Position numbers and translations under genes: made by a program
In this document: one piece after another, positions 50,527 to 63,386 of the stretch
Layout of the letters: every line of letters begins with the position of its first letter
How positions within the stretch are numbered: the stretch's first letter is position 1
NCBI GenBank assembly: GCA_977016875.1
Contig: CDRNST010000120.1
Coordinates: 3,410,001-3,474,000 of the forward strand
DNA length: 64,000 nt
Direction of reading: 5' to 3'
Source of the DNA: Pavona decussata
Taxonomy: Eukaryota
Notes under the pieces: generated by a model
What the model saw: only the letters and a program-made list of their open reading frames with translations
Database searches by the model: none
What the model was told of the DNA's origin: nothing

Positions 50527-51816
50527 ACAGAATCGTGAATCAGTGAGCGGTCTGTTGTGTGTGTGTATTTTCTCCGAGTAGTCGTGTCTGAAATTTTTCC
50601 GCACATAATAATGGATAAAAAAGGCGGTTGAACTTACCTAAGGACAGAAGCACGTGTTGTTTCGTATCCCGCGCTCCCTTATGTGCCTCCTCGTGTAATT
50701 CACAAAGATACACCGAACATTCTCCACAACGAACATGGGCAGGGGACTCCTCGCTGGCATCACAAATATCGCACCCAACAGCTTCTCCTTCTTGAATAAG
50801 CAACAGATCGAGCAGCGACACGAGAAGAGAGTTTGCAGGAAGCTTTCTTACGGACGCACGGCTATCGAGCCCTTAGTCCAGTTGACAAGTGGGATACTTA
50901 AGCATTTTATCTTCCAAAGGTCGATTACGAACCAATGATTCGATGCACTGACAGCAGAATGTATGGAGACAAGGCAGTATCCGAGTATCTAGGAATAACT
51001 TGTCGCAGATTTGACAAGTCAAGTTCGTTTTGATGTTCGAAACGACATCGTCTTGTTCCATCGTATTGGTTTCTCCTTCTTCGAGGTTCATATTGATCCA
51101 GTAAATCTAGATTGGTGACCAATTCAAAAGAACGGTTAGATGTTAAATAAACAATTTCGTTTTTTTTATTTTTCAAGTGGACAAAAATTATGCTTACCAG
51201 TTGTCATAAAGAGTATCTTTCATCGAATTATTCGATTCGTGAGGAGTGCACTCTTTATTGAATACTGTCAATTATATAAACACATGTTTATCTCTTTGAG
51301 CCACAAGTCAATATAAAGTAATTAACCTTTTTACAAACAACATGACCTCTTTGGCTAGAAGATATTTACAGCAGGCAATTAGGTTTCGATCATACGACAA
51401 GTGAGTGCAAACGGAAATTCATTTGTTTGCTTCACAAGTAAATTATAATAATCCTTTTTCAAACGACCTTTATCTCGAGATGTTCTGAGTAGTGCGTTCC
51501 TTAAACATTAAAGTATCGGCAAACAACGCATATTGTAGATCTTATTCTACGCTTACCTTTCCAAGGGTCAGTTTTCAGTTGAAACTCCGAGTCAGTACTT
51601 GGGTTCTCTCGTGTGTCAGTCTACGAAAGTCAAACAACACCAATAATAACCATAAACATTCAAATCAAGTAATTTACTCACCAAACCGACAAAAAAACAA
51701 TAGAGAGCGCTTTTGTCGTCATGATTATGTTGTCGCCCATGGGATTTCGGAGGCTTTCAGAAGGAATTAAAAAAGCCGACGCCTGACGCCGACCTTTGCG
51801 TTGGCTCAATGCCTAA

Positions 51817-52173
51817 ATCCTGGTTTACACGTACCACGCAAACACAAGCGTAAACACAAGCATAAGCACAAGAAACCTACGTGTAAACCGGTAAGACGCA
51901 AGCAAAAGCGCCTTGTGCTTATGCTTGCGTCGTCCCGGTTTAAACGTACGACGCAACGACGCAAGTAAAACCACAAGCACAAGGAAAGGACACTGAAAAA
52001 CAGTGACAAGTTGTTAGTGTACATTCCAGTTACTCATGCTTTGACATTTGCAAAATGGCGGCAGCAAATTTTTATGCATCTGCGTTTGCGTATGTAACCT
52101 TATGCTTATGCATGTTTATGGCACGTGTGAACACCCTTGTGCTTATGTTCGCGTCGTACGTGTAAACCAGGCC
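51817..52173. mobile_element. MITE with CCTGGTTTACACGTAC termini
   Basis: CCTGGTTTACACGTAC ... GTACGTGTAAACCAGG, with internal AAGCATAAGC/GCTTATGCTT repeats. Confidence 0.8.
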
Positions 52174-54054
52174 TAACTTGCGTACTCTAAATACAACAAT
52201 TTTCGCACAAATTTTTCGCTATGAACACATGTCATCTGTCAGAACAAGAGATACAAAGATTCTTTATTCCGCCAATGGGCGGCCAGAACACAAATGCTCT
52301 TGACATTGACAGCGAAGGTAAAATTAAGTACAAAGAAAACGAAATTAACTTGATAACGGACAAACTACCCACGCGCGCATACAAAAATTTAAAACTCGTG
52401 CTCGCAAAAATCTTACGAGTTAATTTACTTGATAGCGAACGAACTACAATTACGTGCGTTCAACTCATGAATGTAAATACCAGCAGGTCCACTTGCTATT
52501 ATCGGCTGTCTGCTTACAACAGTCATAAATTGTCTCTAGGGCAGAGTGCATTATGGGACAGGTTTCTACACGTGATGACGTTACACGTTTTACGTACTAT
52601 CACGTGCACAAAATCAGATTGCTATGAATTCTATATCTTCAAATTACTAACGGTAAAATCTTCCGCTCCTCTTGCCGTCACACGGGTGTCTACATTTACC
52701 CTAAAACGTCACTTTTCATAACAGAAAATAAATATCACGCATACGACTCTTTCATTTTCAAATAATTAAAATTATTACAGTTCGAATCGTTTTCTACTAC
52801 TAATAGCGCGCGCAGTGTAAATTGAATAATTACGTTTGTCTATTATGACGTAAGAAATCATCACTATAACAACTGAAACTTTTCTCGTTTCGCGGTAAGT
52901 TTTATTACGCCGCAAAAGTTTGAAAAACTATTTTTCCACCGGTGAAGATTTGATATTTTTGTTAAGAAAAGCTAGCTGCAATACAAGGTAAGATACGTAT
53001 TGAACGTGTTCTAAAACAAAAAGTAGATTGCGAGAAATTGCACACTTTTTTCACCCTTCGTAAAGGCCCCGTCACAAAAATTATAAGTTAATCTTAGGGA
53101 TCAAGCGGTTCATGCCAGAGAATATATGTTTTCTGTCTAGTCAAAAGGGCTAAATCACCTCAGAAACCGATTTGCACTCAAGGTATAAAAATGGCGTTTG
53201 CTTTGATACTTTGCTACTAATTATCGTGGGTGACAAAAAAATTTGGCGCGAAATGTAATTTCCCGTGTGAAATTACACAATTGCTATGGCAAAGTTTTAA
53301 AAACTCACGATTGTGAACTTAATTTGCCCGTTATGATATTAAACGGTAACCAAACGGTAGATTCTTAAAATAAGGAAATAATTTCAGTTGCGTTATTTAT
53401 TTATTTATTTATTTATTTATTAGATTACTTGACAAAACGCGCCTGAAATTGGTTACCCATAGTAACACAAAAGTGACTTAGGAAATTCAATTCCTTTTGT
53501 TATAATTAACGAAAAGATGAAAAATTTCAAGAGAGGAAAGGAAAAACCTGCGTTACCGTCTAGATATGTCCCTTTTAAAAACTCGGAAACGATGCATGCA
53601 TCCAATAGTATCTCTGCAAGTTGCATGGATTCATGTCACACATTACAAGGCCATTCAATTTGTCTTACGAAAACATGACTGAAGTTGCGACACGATACGT
53701 AATAACGACTCTGTCCTTAAACGTATTGTCAAACGTTTAATTAACAAATAAGAAAGGGAACTAAAAGTTTTCTCCTGAAACTTGAAAAATGTTGCAGAAA
53801 GGCAAATATGATTCAAATAAGAATTTATTCGCGGTGAATGGCAGCTAATGTTACACGTTATTTAACCGTCCGTGCAACTTGAAATGTCAACAAGTATCGT
53901 TACCAACCTCTATCATAAAATTGCTTTAACGTCGTACTATTATAAGTTTAAGTTTCTTATGCCACAAGGGTGCAGTAGAGAAACGATTTTGTAAGTAATT
54001 ATCCTTAATTTTTTACAAGAGAGACATTACAAACCGGGATTTTCTCCTAGGACC

Positions 54055-55922
54055 ATGGCTTCTAGCGAAATATTTTCATATACTCAAGAAGAGCTCATCA
54101 GAGTAATAGAGCATCAACATGGCGAAATTCAAAGCCTACTTAATGAAAGAGGCTGGCTGCATGAAGACAGCAACATGCAGAGGAGCCAAGCACAAGAATG
54201 TTATGACAAACTTCTGGAGTGGCAGGCGTATGGAAACGGCCTTAAAAAGGATCTTGAAAATTTGAAAAAACGAGACGAACAATGGAAGGAGGCACTGACA
54301 AAAGCAGTGGACAAACTAAACACGGAAAGAGAAAACTTCACCAATCTTGAAAATTTATATTCTTCTTTAAAAGAGAAAAACAAACAGTTAAAAGAAACTC
54401 TCGAGTCGGCATTCATCCTCGGGAGAGGCATGTATGAAGAATATTGTGCTTTGTACAATAACTACACGTTTCTTCTCAATTATGCGTACTGGATTCAGGG
54501 CGGTTGCAATGAACCATTTGCAATTTGTCAAGGTCAAGGGGAGGGAAATCCTACGCAAGCCACCCCTGCAGAAAAACCATCTCCGCTTACCGCGACCCTC
54601 CCTCCCGAAGGCTGGTCAGCCATCTTCCCCAACATGCCAACCATCCAATCCCGTCAGAGCCCGCTTTTCATCCGGATCAATTGCCCTTGGGATGCGTTTG
54701 TTGGAGCTAACGCCAATCACAAGGTTCCATACATGTCAGCAATTCAAGTCCCACGTGTGTTAGCTATTAAAGCTCCATGCTCATCTGCGGATAACACTCC
54801 ATACGTGGCTCATACTCAGACCCCATTCTTGACAGAAATTAAAGCACTATGCCTGCCAGAGATTGAAGCTACATGCCTTTCAAAGGATAAAAGTCTCTGC
54901 GTGGCTGATGCTCAGCCAATCCCATGCTCGACAGAAGTTAAAGCACTTTGCCTGCCAGAGATTGAAGCTACATGCCTTTCAAAGGATAAACGTCTTTATA
55001 TGGCTGATAATCGAATGCTTTGCGTTTCCGAGGTGAAAGCTCCTTGTGAATCAGGGAACCAAGCTTAACTCGTGCAAGATAATGAAGCTCTATGCGTGAT
55101 TGAAAACATTGATACTGAGTCTGCAGGTAGTGCCCATCTGTCTATTAATGAATCGCTGACAGGAAAATCAACAAGCAAGGTAAGTTGAAGAAATGATACG
55201 AGTATAATAATATTTCTTTCCGACCATCGCCGTGCTTTTTTTATGTGTTAACATGTATAGTTGTCAAGGGGCACATATGGGGGACCGCGGTCCCCATCTC
55301 ATTATCAAAGAAAATCACTCACAGATGGTCAGAAGCTCTTTTGGATCTCGTTAAAAATTTTTCCCTTCGTTCCTAAGGCCTCCACTTCACAAAAACCTTG
55401 GGTTACACTACTCATCACATTTATGGCCATCGATTTAAATGTTAATTTTTTTCCCAAAATAGTCTTAAGTAGCAATGGTACAATGTTTTGAAGATAAGCG
55501 ACCTATTTACGACACAACTTTGACTTAAATATTAATAATTTTGAGTAAATAGTCGCTATGCCTTATATGGTGGGGTGAATTCCAGTTAGACTACTTTGTT
55601 CCTGGATTTGACGACGAACCACGGCCTCATCGAAATTGTGCTCAAAGGCTCCTATCTGTTTCTCCATGGAGGATGGATTCGATTCAATTTTCTGCTTCTC
55701 TAATATTATGATACTCTCTCTGTTATAATATTATGATACTCTCTCTGTTATATTGTATATTGTTAGGATCCTATGTCAGTTAGCTTTTTCTTTTATATTT
55801 TTCAGCCAAGAAGTCGTTTTCAAAGATTTAAAAGATGGGTCAAGAAACATTTATTTTGTTGCTGCAGCAGCGCGGATAAAGACAACAGTTCCGCTGCTGT
55901 TCCCCCCTCCCCCCAACACTAA
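54055..55922 (+). pseudogene. Paralog of the 5095-6927 gene (exons 54055-55179, 55806-55922) with a premature TAA at 55066-68
   Basis: Near-identical N-terminus. Copy-1 TTA(Leu) is TAA here. Downstream frame, splice sites and exon 2 (PRSRFQRFKRWVKKHLFCCCSS...PQH*) are still intact. Confidence 0.8.
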
Positions 55923-56492
55923 AAAAAAAATAAAATAAAAAAAAAATAAAAAAAACATAAAAAGAGAAAAATTTAAAAAAAAAAACATACCCTACATATA
56001 CAGACAAACAGAATTCTTATTGCAACGGGTCTGACGATGAACCGAAGGAAGCCAATTTCAGAATGGTGACAAATTGCTGTCTTACAAGAAGGTAAAGTAT
56101 AATTTTTTTATTTTCATTTCCAATGCCTGTCTTAGCAGGTTTTTCGTACAATTTTGGGAGATTCAACGATCTCATAATTAATATTCATAACGTGTTGAGT
56201 TGGCTACGGTCATCCTGTATCCAATAAGTGCAACTGTAATAATTGCTTTACTTAGGTTTGTCTCGTTTAGCATTTTTATCTATTAGTATTATGCGTGTTT
56301 GAACAGTTTCATGAGATTTGCGCAATACAAATTGCATTATTATTATTTGTTATTATTGATATATCTTCCAAGATAAAAACTGACTTATGCTTGAAGTGGG
56401 TTGAGCGAGGGGGGTTCGGGCTTAATTGTCCTGGAGCCATGCCTCAGAAATGACGTACTCTCATTCCAGCTCAACGATTTTCTTATGAACAG

Positions 56493-56676
56493 TGCTCTAC
56501 TGCTTAAGTTTCAAAAGGCCCTTTCACAAGTAAAGATGGAGACTGGGGGAACTCACAGAGTAGGTGCTGCCTGGGCTTTGTGGGAGCTGGGAGAGCTACA
56601 AGCCACAAGTATCCTGAAAGGAGACTATGATATGAAGATAAAAGGACAGGATTACTTCACATCCAAAGAGAATCAG
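56493..56676 (+). pseudogene. HAUS3: Orphan HAUS3-like exon, copy 2
   Basis: ELGELQATSILKGDYDMKIKGQDYFTSKENQ followed by a GT donor. Frameshifts and a stop upstream in the exon. Confidence 0.65.
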
Positions 56677-58949
56677 GTTAGTTTTACACACAATTTTAGA
56701 AGACTGTAGAGTGCATGTGGATTTGAAATAAGGGATTACCATGAAAGAAATCGAGTTCATGGTCAGAAAGCTAGAGGGACCTTAAACTCGGGATTTCTCC
56801 ATATTGTTTTTCTATTTTCTCTGTTGGTGACGTACTTAAAACAAACCTTTAGCTTTCGAACTGTCTCAAATGAGAGCTAACAGAAGTTGCACTTCCGTTG
56901 GTGCTATAAATGCATTGTTTTCTAAAGTTGAAAAATTGACTGAATTGTCTAACAATTTTTTCACTCAGTCCAAATTGGAACAACTTAACAAATATTATGC
57001 ACGTGTAACTGTCTTCTTTTTCAGCACTCATGTTTTTAAATACGTAAAAGAATAAAAAATCCCGAGCTGTGAACACATGTACCTCTTGTGTACCTATTTT
57101 TACCCTTCATTCTATTCGTCCCCAGGTCCTTCTCCGAGATAACTTAATGATGGTGAACAGGGAACTGTTTACGTATTTCTTGAGGGGAAACCGATGCCTC
57201 TTGCTACCGCGTGCGGGGGAACCGACGCGTCACCTTCTATGGCAGTGACGACAAATTAGCGAAGTCCATAGCTCGCTACTGCGTGCGGGGGAACCGACGA
57301 AGTTTCACTTTCCATATCAAAAAAACAATGGCGGCGAATTGATTAGAAATATGCATCTCAGCAACTAGCTGGACTATACTTCATAACGGCATGTTCGGCT
57401 CAGAGTCGGATGAATTAAAGCTTTAGAGCACGGTATTGGATAAATCAATTTTACGCCGGGCCGTTTCCAACTCCTTGGATTTTTAGTAAAGGAATGAAGA
57501 GTGCTCATATAGAACTATTCTTTTGAACTTTTTCAGTCGCCACTTTAAGGAAACCTTAAAAAAGACGAGCACCTCTTTTCTTTTCTTGAAAATTGTTACA
57601 GAAAATATATTCCAATGTATTGTGTAGGGTTTATTTCTTGGGTGCAACATTGCTAATAAATGCAAATTGACGCATTCGCACAAAATTTGTGCTCTTAGCA
57701 CAGCAATCAGTTACCAAAGGAAGCCTATGTTCTTATTGAGAAAAGATTTTACAGTTGAATACCTTTACAAAGAAGAAGTTCTGCGACTACTCACATAATT
57801 TACAATAAACAGTTCTTTGACCTTAAATTGGGGTGTTGCTTACTCTCAATCATATACAAAGCTGATGGAAGTTATAACTTTTCCAGAGAACGTTCTCTCT
57901 TACAGCGTCTTAAAATCCACCATGACAATCAACTGTATAACTTAATTGCTGTGGCGGCAGCGCAGATGATGTCCCTGATAGAAGAGACGGACGAATAATT
58001 AGTTAACAATCGTAGCATTTTAGCCGCGGGGAATGTAATTCAATTCGTACAAAACCGGAAATAATCAGTCCATCAACGCCATAATCAGCTTAGTTTCCAG
58101 GTGGTTCAGGTGAGTCTTTATATTAGCAAACAATAAGCAAGGAACCGCACAACGAAAATGCTGCAGGTATACGCATGATCTGTAAAAGATCTAATCAGCT
58201 AAAAATATAAATGACTCAAATTTCTGGAAGGCTGATCGGACTGCGTAGAAAACTTTACACGACAGCGACATGACTTATATTACATGATTTATATTAGGCC
58301 TGGGTTCTATATTCGCGCGCGGTGACGTCATTTAACCAACTGAGAGTCTGCTACTTGATACGAAATTCGACTGCGAACTTCGGTTCCTCGGGTATCTTCC
58401 CTAAGGGAAACAAATAGTGTGATTCATGATAAACCTTTCAAAAAGCTTTCAATTTTAAGCGTTGACATGTAGACGTGACGGACTTGAAAGCGCATTTTGT
58501 AGACGTGTTCCTAGTGACCTGAACTTTGAGTGAAAGCAAAGCTAGAGTTGACTTTCTTTCAGTCCTAAACTAGTAAGCTAGCTAGCAGCAACGTCAAGGC
58601 TCATTCACTGGCGACATCTAATGACGTGGTTCTGACATAAACTATCTGTACTTATTCCTACACCACTGTAACTGAGAGGGTCTGGGTACAATTAACTACT
58701 TTAATCAAGTGTCCCGTACGTAACGTGTGTATCCGCTGTACACTAGATTGCTTTTTTAGACTTTTTAAAATCATTCACCGATAAATCATTGTTTTGCGTG
58801 ACATTATTAAACTATAAAGTAACTAAAAGAGATGTTCACGTTCTCAGTGAATGCTATGCGTTCTTTGCATGACAGAAAATGAACATCACGCATGCAACTC
58901 TTTCTATTGCATTGCAAATAATTATTGTTGTAACACTGAGTCCCATCGC

Positions 58950-59079
58950 AGTAAAAAAAAAACCTTTTTCTCTTTGAAGCCGGCATCTGTTGTGCTGAGA
59001 GCTTTCTTTCAAGTTCAGCAAACTTGCCCTTCAGTGTGGCAATTTCCTTTTGTGCCTCAGCTTTGGCAAATTGGAGTTT
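58950..59079 (-). pseudogene. CCDC152: Duplicated last exon of CCDC152-like, stop codon lost
   Basis: KLQFAKAEAQKEIATLKGKFAELERKLSAQQMPASKRKRF, then a T-run replaces the TAA. Confidence 0.8.
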
Positions 59080-59902
59080 CTGAACATAAGACAAACCGAA
59101 AACATGTTTTAAAATATTGCTGCGGACCTAGACTGGAAGAACAAGTTGACAATAGAGTACGATGTTTTGTTATCATGATTCGGTTCGTTTTAGGAAAACC
59201 GACCCTTTAACATTTGTTATAGCTAAAAGCAACGTGTGATAAAGAAAGAAAGCAACAGCCTTAATACATATCTCCCGAATGTTCCTATGCCTCATAAATT
59301 TTGCAAAATCAGGGGCCAATTTAACAAATCGTTTACACTTGTAACCTGACCAACAATCTGGGCCATACACGCGCATGCATGCTCTCCCTTGAGGAACCAA
59401 AAGTAAATAAGCGTCCCTGGTGGTAAATCGAATTACAGTGTCGTGCATACGTGCGGTGCTATCACCAGTATACCCAGACTGGTGATTACATTTTATGCCC
59501 ACTTCAAATGGTGGTGTTCTCTTCATTTTTTTCTCAAGGAAAAAGGAGACAAATCTTCTAACATTTCACAAACTGAGTGATTCTAACTTATTATTGCTTA
59601 TTCATTAAAATTACATCAGCGATTTGTCGGTTTTTGGAACCAACTATTTTTAACGTCCATAACATGTCCTTCACCACTTTTTAGACCTAGTTCACCACTC
59701 TTTGCCTCTACAAAAATTCTAACCTATTCAGGCTAAACACAAAAACTAACACAGTACTTGGAACTTAGGAAAAAAGAAATAAGCCGGCCGTTTCGGGGAC
59801 CATGCCATCGTTATATTGTAACCTGGTAATCAACAAGAGGCGGATCTGTATGTTTCACCATGACAAATTTTGGACCCCCGCTCCATTCCTGCGGTCAATT
59901 TA

Positions 59903-62148
59903 TGCATCAGTCAATTCCAGCGGTGCCCATCCCCCCCCCCCCCGGGCAACCCCGGGGCATTTGCTCACGTTGTCAGTCCCGGCGGCGGGGCATTCGTAAT
60001 TTTATCGCGGCCCGGGGGCTGGGCATTTGCCTACCCCGGGGCGACCCCCGGGCATTTGATACACGTGTTTTCGAAAGTGCTATGGAGGAATTCATCGGCA
60101 AAGACGAAGCGTTTGTTGAGGATTGGCTAGTAGTTCGTCAGGGACTACACAAACTTGTGGATGTTTTTTAAAAGGTATGTTTTCTCAATTTTAGATATTT
60201 CTTCATTAGTTGTAAGCATATAGATATAAAAAGCAACAACTTGAACTATACTTTGTTTATCACATATCGAGAAGTCGGAAACAATCAACGTGAACACGAC
60301 TACAGCTGTATTTCGCATTTCGCATTCAAAACTAACCTAGCATTTTTAAATTCACGAAAGTCAACCTGGAGTGCACTTTAAAATACTTTAGGCTTGCGAA
60401 TTCATATGATGCGATCTTCAAGACAGATCAATGCATCGTAAATAGAAAACGAAGCCTGCAAATACAGGCGCCTATCATCGCTCGCAGCAGGAGGGACGTC
60501 CGCCGCAATCCCAGCGCAGTTTATTAAATAATAAGCTCCCTACCTTTTTAGCAAAACATAAAAAAATAAATATAATCATAATCAACTAACATGTCCTGTT
60601 GTCCTTGAAGTCCTACCGTTGCATTAAAATACTGAAAAGTAGAACATTTTATTCACTGATAATGATTAATAGAAAAATTGAATTGGTGTTGGAAGGCGAC
60701 GATCCCGGGGGCGGGGCATTTGCCCTCTTCCTTCATCCCCACCCCGGGGCATTTACACAGCTTATGTGTCCCCACCCCGGGGAATTTGCCCATTTTTAAC
60801 TCGTGAATGCGCGCATGCGCAATGAACGAGTTATAGCGATAGCTGGCTTTTGACTTGGTCGATCAGTCGGTCGGTCGGTTTTGTCGTTAACTTTCGGGCG
60901 TGCGCAGTGAGTGAGTTTCAAATTCAATTAGTGGGAAAAACACGCGAACATTTTTTGTTCACGGCGCATCAGGAAATTCTTATTCAATAAGTAGAGGATA
61001 ATTTGACGATCATTTAGTGCCAGAATGGAGATTTTTCGTTCAATCTGAGCAAAGTTACAAGTTTTTTTCAGTTTTTCAGAAAGTCCGGGGTCGTAAACTC
61101 AATTAGTGAAAAAAAAAAACGTGAAAATTTTTTTTCACGACGCGTCAGAATTCTCTCATTCATTCTGTAGAGAATAATTTGACAATCATTTCAGTGTAAG
61201 AATGGAGATTTTTCGTTGAATCTGAGCAAAGTTATAGGTTTTTTTCGTTTTTTTCTACAAAGTGCGGTTTCTTTTAAGAATTAAAAATAATTTAATTTAG
61301 AAATAATTTAATTAAAAATAATTTAATTTGTCAGTTTTCACGCGAAAGCGGAACGTGCCATGTCACGCATCATTGACGTCGTAAACAAAATTATGCAAAC
61401 TTCTGGTGAAATGAACACTTTAAGATCTTGTCAGCTTTCATAGAGGTTTCACAGGGGAAAAATGTTTCATTTTCGAAATTTACAACTGGTAATTTATGGG
61501 AAAGCAAAAGGACGCGGTCGATAAATAATTCTTATTTAGCAAGAGCTTGTCATAGTTCATTATTTTTACTTGAGGATTGCGTGGACTGAACTCCAAAGGA
61601 AAAATTTCACGCATTTATGTCGGGCATGAAATGTAATGCGATACTTTGTTGAACATATTTCCCTTTGTGAGATCGGCTTGCCCTACAGTAATTTTGTAAT
61701 TTTAATTCCCAAAAAAACTTCACTTGCCCATCGGGCAAGTGATGGTTAGAATCCACTAGCCCGATCGCGAAATCCAGTAGCCCCGGACTATCGGGGACAC
61801 GAATTTGCATGACGTAGCTGCACATGGCGTGCTCCTATGAACTTTGAATAAAAAAACACACGTGATTTTTTTTAATCGGCGCATCAGAATAATCGGCTTA
61901 TTCAATCTGTACAGAATAATTTGACAATCATTTTAATAGTACAAGAATGGTCATTTTTCGTTACATAATCGGGCAAAGATATAATTTCTTTTAGCTTTTG
62001 AGGAAGTTTCCGTAGCCGTCTAAATTTCAATTACTATGTGTCATCTGCATTCACGAGTTGGCTCACAGGAGCCTTTGATTTAAAAAAAAAAAATGCTAAT
62101 GCCCGGGGGGGGGGGGGGGGGTGGGCACTGCTGGAATTGACTGACGCA
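59903..62148. mobile_element. MITE with C/G-run subtermini that hosts the HINE-like element
   Basis: TGCATCAGTCAATTCCAGCGGTGCCCA-C run-GGGCA mirrored by TGCCC-G run-TGGGCACTGCTGGAATTGACTGACGCA. Confidence 0.85.
60798..62081 (+). mobile_element. Non-autonomous Helentron derivative (DINE-1/HINE-like)
   Basis: Sub-TIRs AACTCGTGAATGC (60798-810) and GCATTCACGAGTT (62047-59), 5' internal IR ACGAGTT (60826-32), (GTCG)n tract, ~175-bp internal repeats, 3' hairpin GGCTC-ACAG-GAGCC, T-run insertion site. Confidence 0.8.
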
Positions 62149-62395
62149 TTAAAGGGTCACTCTCAACCACTGTGCTTTGCGGGCGTTGAGTCGTGTGGCG
62201 GCCATTTTCGCTTATATCGAAATTGCAGTTCCCAGAGTCCTGGCTTTTTCTGTGGATTTTCAGCGCTATGTGAACGATTTACGGTCCGATCATCATTACA
62301 TTATAGAGTTTCTACATATATATATATATTTTTTCTATTGAATTTAATTTGTGCCAAAAAAAACCCGATTTTGTTGTGGTCGTACGTCGGGCCAA

Positions 62396-62891
62396 ATGTC
62401 GCGATCACCGCCAAAACGTGGTAGGCCGCCTAGGAATGAAAAAAACAAGACCATTCTGTTGCGACAGAGCACGTTCAATCTCTGGAACCAAAAGAAGATT
62501 GATCTTGGTTTTCAGGGAAACACCAACAGCGAATTTGCGGAGTTTCTTTTACATAGTTTGGTCCAACGTAAGCAATTTGAACAAGAAAGTATGAGGATGG
62601 ATGATGGAGCTGAGGTCAAGAAGAACAGAACTGCAGCGAACAGTAAGTAGTTTGTTTCGCGTTGAAAGTATATTTAGCATTGCTTTTCCTTTGTGTCATT
62701 TATTTACAATTATAATATTGTTGGAGATTATTTCGAGTACGGAGTCTTGGGTATATCAGCTTATTTCAATACCGCGTTTCAGTTTCAAGCAGGAGATCAC
62801 TTATCCATTCAACACCAGCAAAAGCTGAAATGGCAGCAATGACTAGCCTTTCCTTGTCTCCTGTTGTAGCAAGCAACGTAGCAAATGAAAG
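62396..62891 (+). CDS. First exons of an AT-hook-containing protein (62396-62643, ~62793-62891), probably TE-encoded
   Basis: MSRSPPKRGRPPRNEKNKTILLRQSTFNLWNQKK...NSEFAEFLLH followed by a GTAAGT donor. The next candidate exon reads SLIHSTPAKAEMAA...NE. Confidence 0.5.
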
Positions 62892-63035
62892 GTACACTTT
62901 GCCTTATAATCAATAGTACATATATACATTGTAGTGATCTAGTCTTGAGAAATCTTTGCCAAATGTTCTTACTTGTAGCTTCAAAGCACCCCCCCCCCCC
63001 CCCCCGCATATTCTTGCAAACTTACTTATATAAGC

Positions 63036-63386
63036 TATTTAACAAATCGACGGCAGTTTTCTATGGTCTATACTCTTATAGACCATAAAATGACGTCAAA
63101 AATGTTCAAAACTCAAGTGGAACCACGAGCCGCAGGCGAGTGGTTTCACTGCCAAGTTTTGGACATTTTATGGCGTCATTTTATGGTCTATAAGAGTATA
63201 GACCATAGAAAAATGCCGTCGATTTGTTTTTTACAATAACATGGAAAAAGTATGAGCGGAGTTGGCTATTTTTTTCGTTGAGAAAGCGCGCGCGTTACAT
63301 CTGACGTCATTTTTATTGTCTGTACTCTTATAGACAATAGCTACGAGCCAATCAGCGCGCGGGAATTTGGACAGTTATTGTAAAAA
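63036..63386. mobile_element. Non-autonomous element with long internal inverted repeat (Crypton-like)
   Basis: AAATCGACGGCA...CTATGGTCTATACTCTTATAGACCAT mirrored around CGAGCCGCAGGCGAG, plus a TTTTTACAATAAC/GTTATTGTAAAAA pair. Confidence 0.6.

Larger units (their letters stand above)
45188..51091 (-). pseudogene. TRIM-NHL (TRIM71/TRIM2/3-like) pseudogene: RING, 2 B-boxes, coiled coil, filamin, NHL; exons 50638-51091, 49269-49757, 48398-48656, 46339-47094, 45188-45498
   Basis: RING CQIC...LPCLHTFCCQC...YPTC (one Cys lost). In-frame TAA at 50873-75. B-boxes CDIC..C..C..LC..H and CTTH..LFCDTC..IC..C...H. Filamin YTPSVPG...SPF. NHL repeats (GIAVD, VQVFD, PYGVAVD). Frameshift at ~46710. Confidence 0.9.
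52336..59902 (+). repeat. Segmental duplication, copy 2
   Basis: Colinear with 3332-11957. Ends where a TE cluster begins, at a site that reads TTAA in copy 1. Confidence 0.95.

Noticed and set aside
52221-52721. 166-aa ORF partly shared with 3442-3678
   Set aside because: The similarity only reflects the DNA duplication. Frames diverge between copies and there is no recognisable domain.
3332-59902. The ~8-kb direct repeats as LTRs of a giant retroelement
   Set aside because: No TG...CA ends, PBS/PPT or gag-pol, and the repeat includes the native last exon and intron of CCDC152.
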